NCBI GenBank assembly: GCA_023254355.1
Contig: JALRLR010000001.1
Location: forward strand, 2,100 to 66,099
Source: Poseidonia sp.
GTDB lineage: Archaea > Thermoplasmatota > Poseidoniia > Poseidoniales > Poseidoniaceae
Direction of reading: 5' to 3'
Length of the DNA stretch: 64,000 bases
The notes under the pieces are model-generated. The model was given only the letters and a program-made list of their open reading frames with translations. It was not told where the DNA came from and searched no databases. Both the position numbers and the translations under genes were made by a program. Of this stretch, positions 16,933-25,108 are shown one piece after another. Numbering within the stretch: position 1 is the stretch's first letter; every line of letters begins with the position of its first letter.

Positions 16933-19770
16933 ATGGCACTTCCACCCATTGACCTCGCCGTTTTCCACCACAACGGATTCGTCCGAAAACAGTGCGCGGT
17001 GACGGATCTATGGTTTTGGACGTCCGATGAACATCGAACGACCTGCGGTGACACCTCCGAGGACGAATACACGTTCATTGGTGCACCGTTGATTTCAGGA
17101 TTTGACCAACGAGGGAAAGCCCTGAAAGATGCCATGCGTGAGGCCTTTCTCTCGTTTTTTGAAAACGTCGACCACACCCGAATTGACCCCTATCCGGTGT
17201 TGGCCCGATGGCGTGATGACATTCACCTGACCATCGCCTCGATTGCAGACTTCCAACCCCATGTCACCTCGGGCTTGGTCCAACCGCCAGCCAATCCCCT
17301 GGCCGTTTCCCAACCCTGCATTCGACTGACCGATGTGGATGCTGTCGGGCGCTCTGGGCGCCACTTGACAACCTTTGAGATGATGGCCCATCACGTGTTC
17401 AATCGTCCCGCTGAAGGGGAAGAAATCTATTGGATGGAAACATGCGTCGAGCATTGCCATACCATGTTGACCGACACGTTCGGTATTGATTCATCCGAGA
17501 TCACGTATGTGGAAAACCCATGGTGCGGCGGAGGCAATGCTGGAGCAGCCGTGGAAGTGATCGTCGGTGGGCTCGAGTTGGCCACCTTGGTGTTCATGGA
17601 CATGGAAGAACATCCCGAGGGCGATGTTGAGTTGAAGGGTGATCGATACCGTAAGATGCCCTTGCAAATCATCGACACCGGGTATGGACTTGAACGATTT
17701 TGCTGGGCGGCGGCCGGCACACCAACCATTTACGAGGCCATTTACCCTGAATCCGTTGACTGGTTGAAATCACTTTCAAAGTTTGATGATGTGGCGAAGC
17801 AATGGCCTTCGATCGACCTTGATCGTCTCCTCAGTGAAATGAGTCGCCTGAACGGCATCATGAACATCGAAGCCGGGGTTGACGGTGACAAACTGGTCAG
17901 TCTCTTCCTGACCCGACTTCAGGACCGAGGCATCGAACTCACGGCCGAACAATTTACGGGCATCACGGAGCCCCTGTCCAACATCTATGCCATCCCGGAC
18001 CATTTGCATGCTCTGTGCAACATGCTTGGAGACGGTTTGGTCCCGTCAAACGCCAAAGCCGGTTACCTTGCCAGGATGCTTGCTCGTCGGGTGCTGAGAA
18101 TGCGGGATGAATTGGGACTTGATGTTCCCTTGAGCGACCTTGCTGAACATCACCTCGATGTTAACCTGGGTGGACATCTCAACAAGCAACACCGAGAAGG
18201 GTTGTTGGAAATTCTGACCCTTGAGGAGGAACGATACGTTGAGATGCTTCGGAAGGGTGTCCAAGTGTTGCAAACACAACTCAAAAGTCTGGACAAAGGT
18301 GCAGAATCCATTCCCGACGAAGATTTGTTTACGCTCAACGATTCACACGGCTTGGCCCCCGACATGGCGGTAGCCTTGGCACGAAAGGCCGGTTGGACTC
18401 AGGTCGCCTTGCGAACCGGTTTTTCGGCAGAGATGGCTGAACGCCACGCACGTTTGGCCAAAGAAGCCGCCCGTGAACCCCCCTCAACCGGAACCGAATA
18501 CATGACCGATGACCTTCCAGCGACCGTAACGGACTATTACGACGATGTCTATGCGCAGACGGCCACGTCAAAGGTGATCGCCTGTTTTGAGCGTCACGGG
18601 GCAGAGGGTGAATTTGCAGTGGTGCTGGACCGCACCCTGTTCTATCCCGAAGGCGGGGGGCAGGAGGGTGACCGAGGAACCCTTGCTCAGGGCGATTCAA
18701 TGGTTCATGTGCTTGACACTCAGAAACTGGGTGACGTGATTCTTCACTTTACCAACGGTCGGTTGACCGTTGGAGAACCGGTGGAAATCCGGCTGGATTG
18801 GCAGCGCCGAAAGCAATTGATGGACCACCACACGGCCGTCCACATCGTTGGGGGAGCGGCCAGACATTTGTTAGGCCCCCACATCTTTCAAGCAGGTTCT
18901 CACCTCTCCGTAGAAAGCGGTCGTTTGGACATCACGCACTTCCATCGACTGACACGCGATGACCTCGACGCCATGGAAACCATGGCCAATCAAGTGCTGG
19001 CATCGGTCGCCTCAACCGAAAAATCCGAACTCAATCGAAAAGATGCTGACCTTGTCCACGGATTTGATTTGTATCAGGGGGGTGCCCCGAAGGGCGATTC
19101 GATTCGAATTTTGAAAATCGCTGAACACGACACTCAGGCCTGCGGGGGAACTCACCACGATGAACCGGGTCAAATCGGGTCCATTCGCATCGTTCGTTCA
19201 ACCGCCGTTCAAGACGGTGTTGAGCGGTTGCACATTGTTGCAGGGGAAGCAGCGTTGGCCTATGCCCGTTCGCAAGACGAATTGCTGCGCTCATCGGCCG
19301 AGGTGTTTGGGGTTCATCAGGACGATTTACCAAAAGCTGCAGCTCGATTCTTCAAGGAATGGAAGGAACAGCGGAAGACGATTGAACATCTTGAATCTGA
19401 AATCGTTCGCCTTCGCACCAGCGGTGGGGGTGATGCCTCCTCTGAATTGGACGGTGTTCGGGTTGTCGTGATGGAAATTGACGGTGATTTGAAATCGATG
19501 ACCACGATGCTCAAGGAACTCACGTTGGACCAAAACCAACCCACCTTGGCCGTGCTGGGCTCCCGTGATGGTGGTGGAAAATTGATGGTCGGGATCACGG
19601 ATGGGACGGTTGCCTCCGAGCGCTACAACGCTGTCGACTTGCTTCGCTCGATTTCACCCCACATCAACGGGGGAGGCGGAGGTCGACCAACTTTCGCTCA
19701 GGGCGGCGGTTCAAACGCAGACGGCTTGCCCGATGCACTTCAGGCCGCTCGCGAGATGCTCGGTCTTTGA
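16933..19770 (+). CDS. alaS: Alanine--tRNA ligase, archaeal type
   Basis: 945 aa. IDTGYGLERF, archaeal N-terminal catalytic domain, editing domain with H..H...C, C-terminal DHHA1-like GGGGGRPTFAQGGG. Confidence 0.9.
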   Translation: MALPPIDLAVFHHNGFVRKQCAVTDLWFWTSDEHRTTCGDTSEDEYTFIGAPLISGFDQRGKALKDAMREAFLSFFENVDHTRIDPYPVLARWRDDIHLTIASIADFQPHVTSGLVQPPANPLAVSQPCIRLTDVDAVGRSGRHLTTFEMMAHHVFNRPAEGEEIYWMETCVEHCHTMLTDTFGIDSSEITYVENPWCGGGNAGAAVEVIVGGLELATLVFMDMEEHPEGDVELKGDRYRKMPLQIIDTGYGLERFCWAAAGTPTIYEAIYPESVDWLKSLSKFDDVAKQWPSIDLDRLLSEMSRLNGIMNIEAGVDGDKLVSLFLTRLQDRGIELTAEQFTGITEPLSNIYAIPDHLHALCNMLGDGLVPSNAKAGYLARMLARRVLRMRDELGLDVPLSDLAEHHLDVNLGGHLNKQHREGLLEILTLEEERYVEMLRKGVQVLQTQLKSLDKGAESIPDEDLFTLNDSHGLAPDMAVALARKAGWTQVALRTGFSAEMAERHARLAKEAAREPPSTGTEYMTDDLPATVTDYYDDVYAQTATSKVIACFERHGAEGEFAVVLDRTLFYPEGGGQEGDRGTLAQGDSMVHVLDTQKLGDVILHFTNGRLTVGEPVEIRLDWQRRKQLMDHHTAVHIVGGAARHLLGPHIFQAGSHLSVESGRLDITHFHRLTRDDLDAMETMANQVLASVASTEKSELNRKDADLVHGFDLYQGGAPKGDSIRILKIAEHDTQACGGTHHDEPGQIGSIRIVRSTAVQDGVERLHIVAGEAALAYARSQDELLRSSAEVFGVHQDDLPKAAARFFKEWKEQRKTIEHLESEIVRLRTSGGGDASSELDGVRVVVMEIDGDLKSMTTMLKELTLDQNQPTLAVLGSRDGGGKLMVGITDGTVASERYNAVDLLRSISPHINGGGGGRPTFAQGGGSNADGLPDALQAAREMLGL

Positions 19771-19773
19771 GGC

Positions 19774-20544
19774 TCAGAGTAAACTGCGAAGCGCTTCCTT
19801 GTCAAATTGGGAGACCGCTTGCTGATAGGCGTCGTTGACGCTGAACCATCGGGCTTCGGAGATTTCTTCTGTCTGCAGCGACAATTCAGAAAGGTCGCCG
19901 TTCCAAGTTGACCGATACGTCAAGGAAATGAAAGAGATGCCTTCATCGTTGAACACACGTTGCGTGATGACCGGTTCCTTGTCGTCCAAGACGATCTCTA
20001 ACCCTAACTCCTCAAGCGTTTCTCTCACGCACCCGACCGAAGGGTGTTCGTTGTGGTCCAAGTAGCCTCCTGGCAAGGTCCAAAATCCGTTAAAGTGCCC
20101 TCGCTCGACCTTTCCCATCAGCACTTCGCCTGCATCGTTTTGGATCATGACTTTCGCAACCAATCGATGCAGGGAGCGATAGATGGCTTCTCTTGCGACG
20201 GGGTGAACAGCGTTGTCAGCGATGCACGCGTCCTTCCAAGCCCAATGCTTGGGCCACTCCATTTTTGGATAGGCTTTCAGGACGGTGAATTGGGTTGGCC
20301 CGAAGGTGATGCTGAGCGTGTCCTTTTCAACGAACTCAAGGTCCATGGCCTTGACTTCATCAATCGTGGGGAAACGTAGGGGGCTGCTGTCTCTCATTCG
20401 GCCGGGTTGAGGGAGTTGGGGTCCATTTCCGTGTTCGTCCACCAACAACACCTTTCCGTCGTGTTCCAAATACACGGTGACGAAAGGGTGCATGGTTCCC
20501 GCAACTCCCCGATTCACATCAATGCTCGTATCAGGATTGGTCAC
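19774..20544 (-). CDS. NUDIX hydrolase with an N-terminal extension of about 130 aa of unknown function
   Basis: Nudix box GFWTLPGGYLDHNEHPSVGCVRETLEELGLE (GX5EX7REUXEEXGU). Its start overlaps the rmuC stop by 14 nt. Confidence 0.75.
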   Translation of the reverse strand: MTNPDTSIDVNRGVAGTMHPFVTVYLEHDGKVLLVDEHGNGPQLPQPGRMRDSSPLRFPTIDEVKAMDLEFVEKDTLSITFGPTQFTVLKAYPKMEWPKHWAWKDACIADNAVHPVAREAIYRSLHRLVAKVMIQNDAGEVLMGKVERGHFNGFWTLPGGYLDHNEHPSVGCVRETLEELGLEIVLDDKEPVITQRVFNDEGISFISLTYRSTWNGDLSELSLQTEEISEARWFSVNDAYQQAVSQFDKEALRSLL

Positions 20545-21793
20545 TGGGGAGCATCGTCACCTCAGACGGCTCTGGGAGTTCTTGCGTGAGGGTTTCCGAG
20601 ACTTTCAGTTCGTCCAATCGGCGACCTTGTGGGAGGACTCGTGATTGGTAGGACCGCATGGTGTCGTTATATGCTAGGGTTGCTTTGGCAAGGTGCCCAC
20701 CCACCTTGTTGTAGTGCTCCACCATCGTGGTAACGCGTTTGTACAACTCTCTCGAGACATCGTAAATCTCTCGTGCGCCCTCCGCAAGGGCGTGCTGTTG
20801 CCAGTACAAGGCGACGGTCCGCAACAAGCCGAGCATCGTGACCGGCGTGGTGACCAGGACCGATTTGCTCATGGCATACTCCATCAAATCCGGGTCCACG
20901 TTGAAGGCAGCGGCGGCCATGGCTTCGCTCGGTACGAACATGACCACATGGTCGAAATGACCCTCAATGGCTTCTTGATACGCCTTGGAACTGAGGTCGG
21001 TGATTCGACTTCGCATACTGCGAGCGTGACGAATGAGCAAATCGTCTTGCTGAGGTCCAGCTTCAAGCGAGACCGCTTCGAGATACGTTCCCCCAACCGC
21101 CTTGGAATCGATGGGGATGACGCCTCCCTCCGGGAGGATGACGACAAAGTCTGGACGGGTGCCGTTATCCAAGGTCGGCTGTTCTTTGAAATTCATGTGT
21201 TCGGAAAGGCCTGCCATTTCAAACAGCCGTCGAAGTTTGACTTCGCCCCAATTTCCTCGCGTCTGGCTCGAGGTGGTGAGGGCCGTCGAAAGCGCCACGG
21301 TGCGTGTGGACAAGGATTCCGTTTTCTCACCGAGTTCCTTGATGTTTCGTCGCAATCCTTCGTACGCTCCCACTCGTTCCTTTTCCATCTCGGTGTTTTG
21401 GTGTTGAAGTTTGGTCAATTCCTCCTGAAGCGGCTTGAGCAGATGCTCAACCTCGTTTTTTCGCTGTTCAAGAGCATGCTCAGCCTCAAGTTGATTCTTT
21501 GACCAACGCTCTTCAGCCAATTTTAGAAAATTGGCGGAATTTTCCTCGCTCAGGCGCTTGGAGAGGTTCTCAACCTCTGCTCGGATGCGTTGTTCGTTGA
21601 TGGCTGATGCCTCTTCGCTTGAGCGAAGACGCTCTTCAGCACGAATCAATTCACCGGCGATGGATTGCCGAGCCATCACCCATCCGATTACTCCGCCAAG
21701 GGCCAATCCAATCAACAACAGACCGTACTCTGTCACTCCCACCATGAATCGGTAACGATGGCGACCGTATTTGATGAAATCGGGTTCGGTCAA
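20531..21793 (-). CDS. rmuC: RmuC-family DNA recombination/nuclease-like protein with N-terminal TM helix and long coiled coil
   Basis: TM (GLLLIGLALGGVIGWV), about 150 aa of coiled coil, then the RmuC core GNWGEVKLRRLFEMAGL...DFVVILPEGGVIPIDSKA. An alternative start is M17. Confidence 0.7.
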   Translation of the reverse strand: MTEPDFIKYGRHRYRFMVGVTEYGLLLIGLALGGVIGWVMARQSIAGELIRAEERLRSSEEASAINEQRIRAEVENLSKRLSEENSANFLKLAEERWSKNQLEAEHALEQRKNEVEHLLKPLQEELTKLQHQNTEMEKERVGAYEGLRRNIKELGEKTESLSTRTVALSTALTTSSQTRGNWGEVKLRRLFEMAGLSEHMNFKEQPTLDNGTRPDFVVILPEGGVIPIDSKAVGGTYLEAVSLEAGPQQDDLLIRHARSMRSRITDLSSKAYQEAIEGHFDHVVMFVPSEAMAAAAFNVDPDLMEYAMSKSVLVTTPVTMLGLLRTVALYWQQHALAEGAREIYDVSRELYKRVTTMVEHYNKVGGHLAKATLAYNDTMRSYQSRVLPQGRRLDELKVSETLTQELPEPSEVTMLPSDQS

Positions 21794-21824
21794 AGTTCAT
21801 AGCAGAACGCCTCATGGGCTGGTT

Positions 21825-22535
21825 ATGCGTTTTGAGCAACTCAATGAAGGCGTTTGGGCCATGACCTACTTGGTGGTGGATGAGGCTTCCAATCAAGCCG
21901 CCCTCATCGACCCCGTCTACGATTACATCGACTCGTACCTTTCGACGCTTGAAAACGATGGCCTAACGCTGACCTACGCCATCGCGACGCACACGCACGC
22001 CGACCACATCACGGCCTGTTTTTCACTCCGAGAAGCGCTGGGTTGTGAATACATCATGTTTCACAATACGGCCAGTTTGGGTGTTTCGACGTACGTTGAA
22101 GACGGTCAAACCCTCCAACTCGGTGACGTTCCGTTTACGTTTCACGCTGCCCCCGGCCATACCAACGATTCCATGATCGTCGAAGTGCCCGGTCACATCA
22201 TGACCGGGGATTTTTTGTTCAACGGCGAAGGTGGGGTTGGTCGGGACGATTTACCGAGTGGCCGAAGCCGAATCCATTGGGAGGCATTGGCGGTCCTGGA
22301 CCGATTTGATGAACAGGTCACCGTCTGTTCCGGTCATGAACCGCCCGGAACTGAAATGCGTCCCCTCGCATGGAACCGTCTTCACAATCCAATCCTCAAG
22401 ATGACGAGTTTCGAAGATTTTGATGCTTGGCAAAACGCTACGGCAGCCGCCTTGGGCGGTGTATCTAAAATCAAAACCGCGATTCCCGCTAACTTGTTCG
22501 CCGAGGTTCCTGAGCGAATTCCATGGTTGGATTAG
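21825..22535 (+). CDS. Metallo-beta-lactamase-fold hydrolase (glyoxalase II-like)
   Basis: THTHADH metal motif, downstream His and Asp ligands (HAAPGHTNDS, GDFLF, SGHEP). The track start 21771 is TTG; ATG is at 21825. Confidence 0.65.
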   Translation: MRFEQLNEGVWAMTYLVVDEASNQAALIDPVYDYIDSYLSTLENDGLTLTYAIATHTHADHITACFSLREALGCEYIMFHNTASLGVSTYVEDGQTLQLGDVPFTFHAAPGHTNDSMIVEVPGHIMTGDFLFNGEGGVGRDDLPSGRSRIHWEALAVLDRFDEQVTVCSGHEPPGTEMRPLAWNRLHNPILKMTSFEDFDAWQNATAAALGGVSKIKTAIPANLFAEVPERIPWLD

Positions 22536-23695
22536 GTCTTTTTCAACGGATTCACCGGTGCTTGTGTTCCTGCGGGAACGGTTGGCAGGTTTTGCAATTC
22601 TTCAAAGGTTAACTGCTGGGGATTGACCGCTTCAAACGTGGTGAGTCGTTCGTTCATGCCCATTCGAACATTGAAGTCAATGCGCCCCTTCGTCCTCGTC
22701 AAATCGTAGGAAAGCGGTTCGAGATGTTCGATGACTTGCCCTTCGAAATGTTGGCGGACCTTTGCCCCGCGCCACGATGCGTATCCCCACCGGTAGGAGA
22801 TGCCGACCACGGCCGCTCCATACAGCAACGTGAGCACCACCGTTGCGAAGAGGATGGGATTGCCGTCGACGTCCCGTGCCTCTTCGAGCAAGTTCCGGCC
22901 AAGCAAGAAGACCAGCCCGATGCCAACAACGGGGTTCAACACCCCTTCCAGCCACTGGTTGACCGGGACCAAGCGCCCTTTCGAAGGGTCAACGAAGACC
23001 AAATCAGCCTCAAATGCCGTGTTGAGGACCGACAGAATGGAGAGCAGAATCATGTACAGGACGGCCGAGACAATGAATTCAACCGTCCAGGAATCGAGGT
23101 TTAACACCCAGTGGACGATGAGCCAGGCGAACAACCCCAAGAAGGCCGCTTGGGGAACATAATTGAAATGTTCAATGTGTTGTGAAAATTCCGTAAGAGA
23201 ACGTTGGCTCGTACGAGAGCCACGATGAGGTTTCGGAATATGAATGACTTGCCAGTGCATCACGCGTTCGGTTCCCTTGAGCATCCAGATCAAGAAATTC
23301 CGGCGAATGAGCAGAAATTCCATGAACAACATGAACGGAAATCCAACCAGGATCAACGGCAGCGCCATGATGGCCGAAAGGGGCAAGATGAGCAACGCTG
23401 GAAGCAACAGAAAATGCGAGAGCGTTAATGGATGCAACAACTCAGCTTCAATCAGCCGCTGTTTTGCCGGTGGAATCCTCAGGTTGCGTGCAATATCGTC
23501 GAGGTTTTGTGAAAACGAGGCGACTTGGTGCCCAGAATCAACGATTTGACGAACGATGGTTCGGTACTCGGAGACTTCGTGGCCAACACCGACCCAAAAT
23601 TGCCAAGCAAGTCGCATGGGCAGGGCGAGGAGAATGGGCAACGCAAGAATACCAGCGCCCCACAGCAACCCTTGGACATCCGTGGCCATGGTCAT
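22532..23695 (-). CDS. Hypothetical polytopic membrane protein
   Basis: 387 aa with multiple hydrophobic helices; no recognisable motif. Overlaps the MBL gene stop by 4 nt (convergent). Confidence 0.4.
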   Translation of the reverse strand: MTMATDVQGLLWGAGILALPILLALPMRLAWQFWVGVGHEVSEYRTIVRQIVDSGHQVASFSQNLDDIARNLRIPPAKQRLIEAELLHPLTLSHFLLLPALLILPLSAIMALPLILVGFPFMLFMEFLLIRRNFLIWMLKGTERVMHWQVIHIPKPHRGSRTSQRSLTEFSQHIEHFNYVPQAAFLGLFAWLIVHWVLNLDSWTVEFIVSAVLYMILLSILSVLNTAFEADLVFVDPSKGRLVPVNQWLEGVLNPVVGIGLVFLLGRNLLEEARDVDGNPILFATVVLTLLYGAAVVGISYRWGYASWRGAKVRQHFEGQVIEHLEPLSYDLTRTKGRIDFNVRMGMNERLTTFEAVNPQQLTFEELQNLPTVPAGTQAPVNPLKKT

Positions 23696-23790
23696 TCCTC
23701 ATCGTAGGCACGCCTTAGGGGTTGTTCAAAACAACGGTGAGGAACCGCCACCATCCCAAGGTTCTAACACCCTCGTGCCGGGCACGAGGC

Positions 23791-24774
23791 ATGGCTCGTA
23801 TCGCCGTAACGGACGGGATGGATAAAAAGGCGGTCATGTTGTTGGAAAAGGCCGGCCATGAAGTCGTTCTGGAGCACCTTTCACCAGAGGCATTGGCTTC
23901 CGGAGCCCTCTCAGAGTTCGATGCGATCATCATTCGGAGCGCCACCAAACTCACCGCCTCGGTGATGGCCGCTTCAGGTGACCGTTTGAAAGTCATCGGA
24001 CGGGCGGGCGTGGGCGTGGACAACATCGATTTGGAAGCAGCTGGCCAACACGGTGTTCAGGTGGTGAATGCTCCCCTGGCGAGTACCCAATCGGTCGTCG
24101 AGTTGACCCTCGGCCATCTCCTTGCCTGCATTCGACACCTTCCACGGGCCGATCGTTCCATTCGGTCCGGAAAGTGGGAAAAATCAGCCATGAAAGGTTC
24201 GGAACTTTCGGGGAAAGCCTTGGGCTTGATCGGGTACGGGCGCATCGCTCAATCGGTGGCTCGTGTGGCTCAAGCCTTTGGAATGGAGGTTCATGCTTAC
24301 GACCCTTATCTTCCCCCCAAAATCGCCAAAGCCCAGGGGACCACCCTCCACAAATCGGTGGACAACCTGTTTGCCTCATGCACGCACATCTCGATTCACT
24401 GCAACCTCACCGAAGAAACGCATCATTTGGTCAACGCTGAACGCTTGGCGTCCATGCCCCAAATTGGCGTTGACGGGACCCCTTGCGGCAACCACGTCAT
24501 CAACTGCGCCCGCGGAGGCATCGTTGACGAAACAGCGGTTGTCGAAGCCCTTGAAAACGGTCAACTCACCTCAGCGGCGCTCGATGTTTTTGAGCACGAA
24601 CCGGTTGACCCACAGCACCCTCTGCTCCAAATGGAGCATTTTCATGGAACTCCCCACATCGGGGCCTCCACGTTGGAAGCCCAAGCTCGTGTCGGGGCTG
24701 ACATCGTCACCAACGTGATGCAGGTGCTCGAAGGCCAGCCGTGCGACTTTGTCGTCAACCGTTCTTTCCTGTAG
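23791..24774 (+). CDS. serA: D-3-phosphoglycerate dehydrogenase / D-isomer-specific 2-hydroxyacid dehydrogenase
   Basis: NAD motif LGLIGYGRIAQSVARVAQAFGMEV; catalytic NCARGGIVDE...H. ATG at 23791 (MARIAVTDG); the track start 23722 is TTG. Confidence 0.7.
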   Translation: MARIAVTDGMDKKAVMLLEKAGHEVVLEHLSPEALASGALSEFDAIIIRSATKLTASVMAASGDRLKVIGRAGVGVDNIDLEAAGQHGVQVVNAPLASTQSVVELTLGHLLACIRHLPRADRSIRSGKWEKSAMKGSELSGKALGLIGYGRIAQSVARVAQAFGMEVHAYDPYLPPKIAKAQGTTLHKSVDNLFASCTHISIHCNLTEETHHLVNAERLASMPQIGVDGTPCGNHVINCARGGIVDETAVVEALENGQLTSAALDVFEHEPVDPQHPLLQMEHFHGTPHIGASTLEAQARVGADIVTNVMQVLEGQPCDFVVNRSFL

Positions 24775-24838
24775 CACTTTCACTTTCCAGCACGGGGTCT
24801 TGCCAAAGCACCTCGTCGTCCTTCGCTCTTCGTTGCTT

Positions 24839-25108
24839 ATGGGTCGAAGCGTTCCTCCATGGCGAACACGCGTTGAAGTTGAATTGAACCGTTGGCAGGC
24901 TTACCGTCGTGCCCTCTCCACCACCGATCAGGCCTCGTTTGAACACCTCCTTGACGACATTCGTCAGCGACGTGCAGCCGGCGGTATGCTTCCGTCCCTC
25001 GATGTTTGGCACCCCGCCGTCCTCAGCATGTTGGTGGGATTGATGTCGCGTCTCGGGGAACTGGAGCGGCGGCTTTGTGCACTCGAGGAAGGGCCTTCGG
25101 ATGATTGA
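24839..25108 (+). CDS. Small hypothetical protein (about 90 aa) translationally coupled to the PolB-like gene
   Basis: Its stop (25106..25108) overlaps the PolB-like ATG (25101) by 8 nt. Arg-rich and predicted helical (LGELERRLCALEE). The track start 24749 overlaps the serA 3' end, so the internal Met is preferred. Confidence 0.35.
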   Translation: MGRSVPPWRTRVEVELNRWQAYRRALSTTDQASFEHLLDDIRQRRAAGGMLPSLDVWHPAVLSMLVGLMSRLGELERRLCALEEGPSDD

